Source of the DNA: Chrysomallon squamiferum
Lineage: Eukaryota; Animalia; Mollusca
Length of the DNA stretch: 64,000 bases
Direction of reading: 5' to 3'
Assembly (NCBI GenBank): GCA_012295275.1
Contig: CM022678.1
Span: forward strand, 4,960,001 to 5,024,000
Position numbers and translations under genes: made by a program. Under the pieces are notes generated by a model that searched no databases, was not told the origin of the DNA, and saw only the letters and a list, made by a program, of their open reading frames with translations. Each line of letters begins with the position of its first letter. Positions within the stretch are counted from its first letter, which is position 1. Positions 53,902 to 64,000 of the stretch are shown piece by piece.

Positions 53902-54419
53902 TAGTAGTAGTGGTAGTTACATGTTCTGGCTTTTGAATATCACCTTTAATCGCCCCAGAGAAGCTATGAACCATTTGAAGGATACCCTCCTACTTAAAAA
54001 GGAAGATAAATTTTCTGTAATGCCAAAAGGACTTAATATGGGTATTTTGGTTGATTCCTCAAACTGATTGACAAACAGGATTGGGCTATAGTTTACAGTG
54101 ATAGAAAATGTGTGGACAATTTCATAAAGACTGTCGAAAAATTTCTTTTTTACATGTAATTTCCTTCATTTTTCTAAATATTTCAATAAATAAATAAAAA
54201 TATCACACACACGTGCACGCACAACACAGACACACAGACAGCATAGCCGAATATTATAACTACCAGAAAAGTAGAACGCAACAGATGTGAAAAGTCCATC
54301 AACTGATTTCTGATACTTAAGATTTCACTTTGGAACCCAGTTTGGTTTTCACATTTTGGTACCCAATTTCGGTCTGGTTAATGGACTATAATACATACAT
54401 ACCTACACGCACATATGCA

Positions 54420-54503
<84 letters not shown>

Positions 54504-55110
54504 AAACTTTATTTATTTACTTTTATTATTTATTCATTCATTCATTCATTTGTTCATTCGTTCATTCATTTATTTGTTTTATGTTGTTTTATTTTATTAT
54601 ATTATTATTATTATTTATTTTTTTTGCGCTAAATTAAATTATATTTTAGGAAGCAATAATTGACATTAACTTGAAAACAACATGGCTGTGACGCACTCTG
54701 TTACTGGTCTTGGAAACCATACAACAAACATAATACCAAGAGGGTTGTCACCCTTTTGGAATTAATTACCTTATCGAATAACAGCATCAAAATTCAAAAC
54801 TTTGTAATACGACGTTGAGTTTTAGTGGCGTCTATTCGCACATGTAACTGTTTGAGTCTTAGATGTTTTTTTTTGTTTGTTTTTTTGTGTTTTTTTTTAC
54901 CTCGGGGATTTTGTTGTTCTTTTAAAAGATACCGCTGAAAGACAATCTGATGAAATATTGAACTCTTGGCTCTTAGTCCAATAGCACAAAACAATTTGCG
55001 GTTTGCTTTTCCAGTATAACACTCTGCATAAAAATACTGTTAATGCTTCTTTACGAAATCCTAAGATCCGTTTCTTTCTGTTGCAAAATGCTAATGTCAC
55101 TGAACATTAC
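53670..55110 (+). repeat. Inverted copy of the gene-unit downstream flank
   Basis: Reverse complement of parts of ~31530-33450, 60041-60081 and ~63130-64000. Confidence 0.8.
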
Positions 55111-55792
55111 GATTCAAGCTTTCATCAGGTGGCCATTAGACAAGGACGCTCGTATTAGTTTTGTCGGACACATACAGGTGTTATCCAAGGTTAAATTTGA
55201 ATAAACAGATGCATACGCTATGAATAAAAGCAATGCAATTAAGATAACTTCTTATTTCATTATATACTTTAGCAAATTGTAACGTGTGTCACATCTGTCA
55301 CAGTGTGACATGATCTGTAGTTAAATGATGTCCGCTGAGTTCAGTGGGATCTCAATACAAAGTCGTTTATTGTAATATTTTATTTCGTTCTAGGTTTCTG
55401 TACAAATGCCTGTAAGTAGATCTGTTCTTAGTACTAGTACTTATCTCATGTCCAGCACTGTGTGATAACGTGCCAGTTCAGGTGAGGAAATCATTATTTT
55501 ACCCTGCTAGAAATTAACATGAAGGCACAGATTAATCATTTGATGTTTTATAATAGCTATTGTTTGAAGATGTCTTTTTTTTTTACATTTTTGCAAGTCA
55601 TTGTTTTTTGATAAATTAGGGAATGACGGATGTGACATAGTAGTATGGAATGTTTATTTAATTTCACTTTTAGAATTCACGATGTAATGGTGTGTACATC
55701 ATGAAAATGCAAAAAAAAAAAAAAAAAAACAATCAGTCTATTAAATTCTATTTGAAAAGGAATACTGTTCTTTCATGTTTACAAATGACATA

Positions 55793-56060
55793 AATTTACC
55801 TTTAAGCTGCTCGGTATCTCTACGATCCTCTTCAAAAGTCAAAATTCAGATATCGTATTACATTTCTACAAATATACATGATATGTCTGGAAATGTTTCT
55901 CTTTTAAATCAGAGCTTGTTATCGCAAGATTTGGGTTTCAGTAACTTTGAAATACTTTTTTTTGCTTTATAAATCGATAAAAAGAGAAAAATACGAAGTT
56001 ATTTTTCTGTGTTTCATTTGATTATCAATCTTTCCTACTAATAAAAGATGAAAATAATGT
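55793..56060 (-). promoter_or_regulatory. Degenerate orphan copy of the promoter/exon-1 cassette
   Basis: tttacc..tatctctacgatcctcttcaaaagt..aaatcagagcttgttatcgcaa..aaatcgataaaaa..ctaataaaa aligns with the cassette; the TATA is mutated. Confidence 0.55.
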
Positions 56061-56227
56061 TATACGTTCTGTTACAGAGTCAGCTTAGGGACTAACTAAG
56101 CAACCGCGTGTAACCTTAGTGGAATTCTAACATAGTTTTATATCCATCATAGCTAAACAATATAGAATGTAAAAATATATTAACAATTCCAATGAGAAAG
56201 AGAGAAAAAAAGTCATGATATTCTTAC

Positions 56228-56309
56228 CACAATCTTCTGCAATTGCTGTCCTGGATGCGAATATAAGTAGAAGTTTCGCTAACAATGGTACATTTGAAAC
56301 ACGTTTCAT
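56228..56309 (-). pseudogene. Gene G: orphan signal-peptide exon MKRVSNVPLLAKLLLIFASRTAIAEDC(G)
   Basis: 82 nt, phase 1, donor gtaaga; homology to the paralog intron stops at ~56125 and no main exon follows directly. Confidence 0.75.
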
Positions 56310-56413
56310 GATGAACTCAGTCTAAAATGAGAATATTATTATCATTATTATTATTATTGTTGTTGTTTTTCTTGTTGTTGTTGTTGTTGTTATAGCTATT
56401 AATATATATTACA

Positions 56414-57010
56414 TGTAAAAGAGTGAAAAAAGAATTTGAGAATTCAAATATAATAGAAATTAAAATAATATAATATATAAAGATGATATCCATGCATGAG
56501 AAAAACATTGCAGTATGTTATATATGTTTTTTACATTACTTTATACATTTGTTCATTTATATATATATATATATTCTTATTTTTATTACATACATACATA
56601 ACATGGACATACAGAAAATAATGACCATGGTATTTTAATGGAGGTGTCAATGATACTACTCATATTACTACTACTACTACTACTACTTTATTCATTTATT
56701 CATTGCATATATACCATGGCCATTATTTTCTGTATGTCCATGTTACTGTACTAAAATTATAACAGCTCCGCCAAAGTGCAAAAAGAAATATGAAGGAAAA
56801 CATTTTTAAGAATTAGATAATCAAAAGTAAAATATAAGAACATTGCCAAACTATGCACAATGAATAAATGAATAAATAAATTAATTAATGTATAAAACAC
56901 ATATAACTTTAGGCAATGTTTTTCTCATGCATGGATATTATCTTTATATATTATATTAATTTAATTTCTATTATATTTCAATTCTCATAATCTTGTTTCA
57001 CTCTTTCACA
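56414..57010. repeat. Nested inverted repeat (fold-back) in gene G intron 1
   Basis: Outer arms ~56414-56560 and ~56860-57010; inner arms 56599-56633 and 56711-56745 (34/35 complementary). Confidence 0.88.
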
Positions 57011-57253
57011 CACACACACACACATATATATATATAATTATTTAATTATTCGTCATACAAGTCACAAATAATATTAATAATAATAATTTTATTTGTAAAG
57101 TATTAAATTTACGTACATCCTTTTCGTGCTTTCAGCGATACTTTACAATGTTTTCTGATTAATTGATAAATGTCCATGTGGTACTTTAAATCACAGTTTT
57201 ATGATATTGTTATAAATTAAATGAACAGTCACGTTAAACTGAAACCCGCAAAC

Positions 57254-57294
<41 letters not shown>

Positions 57295-57389
57295 TTCTAA
57301 CAGAACATCTTAGGGAAAATTAAAAGAATTAAGAATTACAATATTTCATTTAAGGCCAACTCCCACGTCCTCAACCTCTAAATAATATA

Positions 57390-57505
57390 GTCCGCTCGTA
57401 ACTCGGATTTTGGCTCGCAACTCAAAGCGAAATCTCGACCGAGCTGCTGCTCTTAACATAAAACACTCGTAAGTTGGAGCACTCGTAACTGGAGGTGCCA
57501 CTGTA
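57390..57505. mobile_element. Single end of a Tc1/mariner-superfamily (pogo/Tigger-like) element
   Basis: Terminal ...GAGGTGCCACTG|TA (reverse complement TA|CAGTGGCACCTC) with repeated subterminal CTCGTAACT motifs; GC-richer than the flanks and absent from paralog introns; other end not found. Confidence 0.55.
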
Positions 57506-57978
57506 TATCTATTTAACTTGGTGTTCGTTATTGAAAATTACATTATTATTTTATTCTTATTTTTATTACATAGTTTAAAAAAAAAATTCTTCAGCTATTT
57601 GTTTGCAGTCTTGCGATATTTTTATAATTTTAGTACAGTAACACCGACATATAGAAAATAATCAAAATCGTGTTTCTTGGATATATTTGTAATAAAGTAT
57701 AGGCATTTTACCGATAGTACAGTCCCATGACATGATTATATCAACAATTTTAATAACTAAAAATGTTAACTGCATCTCTTTTTCACCATGGTATTCAAAT
57801 ATCATTAAAGAAATTAAGTAAAATAAATGAAAGGCTATGAGAAACGTTATTAATCTGTCTTACTATTTCTCTAACAACAAAAATAAAATTAAAAACAAAT
57901 AAATACTAAAAACAAAATACAAAAAAAAGTCCAATAAATAAGTTCAGTTCTGAGCAATGTTGATGATATATGAATTGG

Positions 57979-58065
57979 ACTTACCCTTGATTAGCTCACT
58001 CTGTCTGCGATTCTTTTCAAATGCGAATTTTTTTTTTATAAAACAAAAATATATAATTTATATAA
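57979..58065 (-). promoter_or_regulatory. Gene G promoter/exon-1 cassette (TATA-Inr spacer altered)
   Basis: Donor GTAAGT at 57984-57979 and conserved exon-1 sequence. Confidence 0.55.
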
Positions 58066-59149
58066 ATATGCAAATAAGCTGATAATTTGTTTCTGTGTTA
58101 AATCATAGCTTGTAATCGGAACATGTGGGCTTCAGTCAAATTATTTTAGCGATGAAAACAATTATTTCTCTTTAGAAATCAATAAAAAAGAACAAATTAA
58201 AATTTGTATATTTCATCATTATTATCAACGTTTCCTAGTAATAAAGTTTCAAAATAATGGACAGCGTTGATATATATATATATATATATATATATGAATA
58301 TATGTGTGTGTGTTTGATGTGTGTGTGTGTATATATATACACACATAACCCTTAATTGATCAATCAGGTTAATTAGTGAAATCTGTGATATCGAACTGCA
58401 AGGTCTCTAGTTAATAAAATCTCTGTTAAGTTTTGCTACACATAGTTGTGAAATTTATTTTATGACTACTAAACTGTTTTGTAAAATGCTCTTTTCGGAT
58501 TACTGTGTTTATTCGCGCATAATATGCTCCTCCCTTACATTTCTTTTAATGAAATGGTCTTAAACATGATAACAGAATGTTTTGTTATTTTTTCTTCTTT
58601 TCTTTTCTTTGGACCCACCTATTTTATTATAATATTATATTTATTCATTTTCTTTTTGTTTTTGTTTGTTTGTTTGTTTGTTTGTTTGTTTGTTTTATTT
58701 AATCCGATATTGTCTGTCTTTGCAATCTCCGCACATACACACACACACATATATAAAGATGGATAGATACATAGACTGCAAAAATTAATCCCCCATAATT
58801 AGGAGTGTGGCAATAATAAAGCATTCATGACAAAAATTATTCTCTATTCACAAAGTAAGATATCAAGAAGAATAAACGATATCAAATGATATAAAATGCC
58901 CTGGGTAATGGAATATTGATTATTCCTAAATCAAAGCGATGAACGTATGTTAGTTGCGACATATTTCTTTTTAATTATCCTTTTCATCTATATTTATATT
59001 TTTGCACGATTCTAGTCACGTTTCTAGTTAAACATTCGGAACGACATGCAATGGAGGACACCTAATTAAATATTGAGCAATCTGTTTCATCATTATTACA
59101 CTAATTATACTTTTTGTTTTAATCTTTTCTATGAAGATAAAAAGGAATA

Positions 59150-59194
<45 letters not shown>

Positions 59195-60642
59195 CAGACA
59201 ACAACAACAACTTCACTGTTATTTTTAGCTCATTTTATGGTAGAGTTATCGGAAAGATGCTGTGTGATTTTTGGACAATGTTTCGATGTTTACCAATAGC
59301 GATGTGTTTTGAATATGCGCCCCCTGGGGACACTTAAATTAATGACAAGAAACCACACGATGCAGTATTAAACTTAGAGTTAATTCCCTTGAAATATGCT
59401 TCATTTTTTTTTTTTTTTTTTTTTACCCACGGCTTCACCTTCCAGTGAATACACCACAGGAGTTGTTTATCTTGTCACACACTCAATAAAACACACACAC
59501 GCACACATACACACACATACACGTACAAGCATGCATATAAACATTTAGAAAAGAAACGTAATAACTGAAATAGAAACCTATGTCTTACTTGCATTCGTTT
59601 ATAAATTCAATGGAAATATTTGCTATAATGTAGGGTCGTTTTACTAAATAGACCGCACATTTTTTATTTTCATCCCTCCCACTCAAAGTAAATAATTAAA
59701 TAAATAAAGTAGGTAACATAAAATAAAAATGAAAGTGACATAAATAAAATTATAATAATAATGAAAACAAACATCTTAACAAATGTGATACTTCTATAAA
59801 GTGATTTTTTTTGTATACCTGGTATCCTCGAAAATTCGGAATGAATCAAATAGGATGAAAATTGGAATGAAAATGAGGAAGTAATTGTTGTTCTACTATA
59901 GAATCTGTAATAGTGAGTAAAGTTTTCAGTATGTGTGTGTTTGTGTTTGTGTATGTGTGTGCGTGTTTGTGTGTATGTGTGTATGCAAGCTGTAATATAT
60001 ATATACTAGTAGTGCACTTAAAGACCAGGAGGATGAATCATAATGTTCAGTGATATTAGCATTTTGCAACAGAAAGAAACGAATGGTACACTAACAATGA
60101 ATTTTTTTTATTTGAGTTATGTAATAGGCATTAAAACCATTGGACCTTTTCTCATGCAAGCATACTGCGATGGATATCAAGCTGATGTTTCTGTTAGATC
60201 TGGATGGATTTCGGAGCGGATTTGCAAATTTACCGTGTTTGCGGGCCTCTTTTTTCTGGAAGCGCCGTTTATGTTTTGATGGCCCAGTACTCGGAATCAG
60301 CTGTTTGGTTTTGCTTGCACCTGCTAACAGGCATTGCTGCTCATTCCTCCTCATTTTATCATTTATCTGCTGCTGTACACAGGTAGTAATTTTCTGTTAA
60401 ATATATAGAGCATATAACTGTGATATGTAACTTACTCAGTTGTTAGAAATGTCTGTCACAGGAATCACGTGTGTGTATATAAATTTGATTCATTGTTGAT
60501 CAATATTCCAGTTTTCTAGTTTTTGATTTTTAGTAATACGCGTTCCGTATTGACATTGTCAGTAATGTAATTAACACACGGAAAGTATGGAACGTGCCGA
60601 GTAGATTTTCTCAAAACAACAACAAACCATAAAAAAAAAAAA

Positions 60643-60683
<41 letters not shown>

Positions 60684-61499
60684 CAGAAAAAATACAAGAA
60701 AGAAAACACTATTAAATTGTTAGTGACAACTTGTTTTCTTTTCTTTCTTTCTTTAACACTACACTAACACCTTAATGCGTTACCTCATTAGCATCAAAAT
60801 GAGATAAATAAAACCAGACTGATTCTTTCAGTTTCTCTCGTGACGTCATTTCATACAGATATCTTCAAAAATGTGCTTCACAGACTGGATCATTATTACA
60901 TTTTCTTTAACTAAAATGATATTACTGAAGTATGGGCTCAGACGATTTCTAAATTATTGATTATGCGCGATGAACTTGACTCAGCTTATTTCCACAACAC
61001 TAAATCTGTTTGACATTTATTTGAAGTTGACCTTATCAGCACAGACCGTCGAGAAGCAAATGAATTTTACATCTGTTATAGACTTCATAAAAGAAACAAT
61101 TTTATAATGAGAATTGGATAACGCTGTAGGCGCGTTCACATCGTTTTAATTAACTCAGACATTTCTATCGATGTGCTGAAAGGAATACTTGAAACAGAAA
61201 AAGCTGTCATGTTGAAACACGACTAGTAATTTTGTCTCAGAGCCGTGACTTGATAGTTAAAAAAACAACAACAATAAAAAAAAATCGGTTTTACTAGTAA
61301 TTACATGCACGAAGTTACGACGCTAAAGATCAACCTCGTATTTATTTTAATAGTTCACTTTACTGTAGCAAAAGATGGAAAAATGCTGTGAGAATGAAAA
61401 ATGAGCTTTCGTATTTATAGTACATGTGTATCCCGTTTTTAATGGCATTAAGGTCCGAATTTTGACGTTGTTATTCGATGAAGTAGTTAATTTCATAAT

Positions 61500-61975
61500 C
61501 TGATTGATCCACATTTCTGTGACGTCGTGTACAGATACGACTGATGAGATAAGCGAATCTAATGAACCATTAGTTACTTTCCCGGTGTCAGAGTGTTCAA
61601 GAACCAGCGAAATGCACGATGAATTCTTGACAAACCACTGGATTTCTGTTTTGCACGCGGAGTGTCTTATTTCCGTGAAGTTGTTCACATTGTACCTTGT
61701 TTCAATGAGCTCTCCTTCTGTAGTTAATCGTTCGAGGCGGTGATACGGTTCTTCTTCAAAAGTTTTCCAGCTAGACTTAGTTATGTATGAAGTGGAAAGA
61801 AAACAGATTAAAGTACGGGTGGGATCAGTCAAGTCTTCTTCTCCTAATGATGGAATTAGACATCAGACAGGTTCCACTCCTTCGACAGCAGCCAAAAGTT
61901 CATCAAAACTGCCAGAAACGGGTTTTCCTTGATCGTCGTTCTCATAAATCTTACGCAATTCACTGTCGCAGAAAT
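61500..61975 (-). pseudogene. Gene H: N-terminal relic of the main exon (domain 1 and start of domain 2)
   Basis: Acceptor at 61976-61977, (D)FCDSELRKIYENDDQG..., nonsense TGA at 61865-61863, an in-frame deletion, and truncation after HDVTEMWIN; no signal exon upstream. Confidence 0.88.
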
Positions 61976-62324
61976 CTGGAAGTTGAAAATTCATCAGCTA
62001 ACATAACAAAATGGATGCAATTTGATGGAGGGAAAAACATCATCAAACAAATCGAAGCCTGGGCCTATAAATGATGTAATACAATTTTTTTTTTTTTTTT
62101 ATATTTCGAAGTTATTATATAATAATTTTGTGGAATCTGTCGCCGTTAATGACAAATTTGAACAGTAAAACAATACTATATACAAACGAACTGAATGCCG
62201 TATTTTAGGAATAGCTGGTGCACTTTTATTTTTATTTATTTATTTAATTATTATTATTATTATCATTGTTTTTGTAATTATTATTATTATTGTTATTGTT
62301 ATTGTTATTATTATTATAATGATT

Positions 62325-62384
<60 letters not shown>

Positions 62385-64000
62385 TTAGCGTTTCATCATC
62401 TATTTACATATACTTTTATAAATTATAAAATTTAGTACCTATTATCTTTTAATGGTTAGATATCTTCTTGAAAATGACAAAATATAAAACGTCTGTAACA
62501 TACATATCCTCTCACTAAAAGCCATTAATTTAGTTATAATGATTACATATCGATATAAAGTCCTAATCACATACCAACCTAACAGATAAATTACTACAAA
62601 ATGATATCGTAAGTGCATACGATCTGGAATCCTATCTGTCGCTCTCATACGACACAGACAACTGGTTTGAAAGCGTTCACCGACACCAAAGATGGAAAAG
62701 AAAAACACGGTTGTCTTATTGAAAACAAATCTACCGTCGAAGTTTACAAAATAAAAGTAATTGTCTGAAACTTGTAGGTGAGAGCAAATAATGTAAGGAT
62801 TAAATTAGGATTAAACTATGTTCATAGAAATAATGATGGAGTTGACAATAAAATCGTCAGGCTCACGGGACTGGATAAAGGATGTATTTTCATTGTAGTG
62901 TATACAACTAATGCTCTGAGAAAGGAGCAGGAGGAATCTTAAAGTTCATCGACATTTTTCAAGAAGACCGCTGACAAGTAATGATCCCGTGAACCGCTAC
63001 GTTGTAACGATCTCGTTTTGACATTACAGCCATGTGTGGAGTTAATTTTGTTGTACGTGACATATGCTGATAAAATATTTTAAGAACATTTTTAAAAATT
63101 ACTCGTTGGTGTGTGCAAACCATATGACATTTCCAATGCACAGTGTTATAGAAGAGAAACAAATCGCAAATTTTTGTGCTATTGGACTAAATGCCAAGAG
63201 TCCCAAATTGAACCAGATTATCTCTCAGCGGTATCTTTGAAAATGTTTCCATTATGTTGACTTCTCTGCTATGTAAATTCAGCACATTTTAGAAACATTT
63301 ATCACAATAGAGACATGTCTATCCTTTTGATTCAACGATGATCAATGTTCTAGTATTCTAGTTTTTAATTATTAGTAATTCGCGTTCCGCATTGACATTG
63401 TCAGTAACGTAATTAAGACACGGAAAGTGTGGCTCGTGCTCTGGACTGATTTTAAAAGACAACAACAAGAAACAACAAGAAACAAAAAACAAAACAAACA
63501 ACAAACAACAACAAAGACAAAAAAAGGAAAAACCCCACGTAATAAATAGAAAAACACCTATAATACAGACAGTTACATGTACCTTAGTGTTTATACATGT
63601 ATATCACGTTCTTAATGCATTACAAAGTTTTGAATTTTGATGCTGTTATTCGATAAAGTAATTAATTCCAAAAGGGTGACAACTCTTGGTATTATGTCTG
63701 TTGTAGACCAGTAACAGAGTGTGACACAGCCATGTTGTTTTGAGAATAAATAAACAAATGAGTAAATAAATAAATAAATAAAGTTATATATATATTATGA
63801 ACATGCACACCTGCCTCTGTACTCCTTACATGAGTGCATGTATGTATTTATTATAGTCCATTAACCAGACCGAAACTGGGTACCTAAGTGGGAAAACCAA
63901 ACTGGGTTGCAAAGTCATGTCTTAAGTATCTGAAATCACTTCATGGGCTTTTCACATTCATTGCGTTGTACTTTCCGAGTCGTTATAGTATTCGACAATG

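Noticed and set aside
60780-61330. Non-repetitive stretch that might be a decayed coding or transposon fragment
   Set aside because: No ORF of 60 aa or more in the track and no motif I can recognise.

Overview
AT-rich, microsatellite-dense eukaryotic DNA with GT-AG introns; it looks like an invertebrate genome, possibly mollusc/cephalopod, but that is inference from sequence style only. The window is a tandem cluster of one family of secreted proteins that I cannot assign to a named family. Each full copy lies on the minus strand and has a conserved TATA/Inr cassette with a non-coding exon 1, an 82-94 nt signal-peptide exon (phase 1), and one large exon encoding four tandem ~110-120 aa domains (W-x2-V-x3-D/N-x2-G-x4-GS-x3-L ... 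TTxG ... WF[VA]x). In most copies a 21-bp coding minisatellite (GKPDEGN or GKPDGGQ) sits in a Cys-flanked loop of domain 4, just after an (R/P)KKR site. Its copy number runs 0 (gene D), 1 proto-unit (two relics), 9 (C), ~14 (B), ~43 (A), ~72 (E) and ~600 (F; 12.9 kb, inverted relative to the cluster). Genes A (runs off the left edge) and D appear intact. B, C, E and H are frameshifted, deleted or truncated; G is an orphan signal exon; four further C-terminal relics are present. The window also holds a hAT (Buster/Charlie-like) element with an 8-bp TSD, a Tc1/mariner-like end and a nested inverted repeat. Most long ORFs in the supplied track are alternative frames of the 21-bp repeat or microsatellite artefacts.
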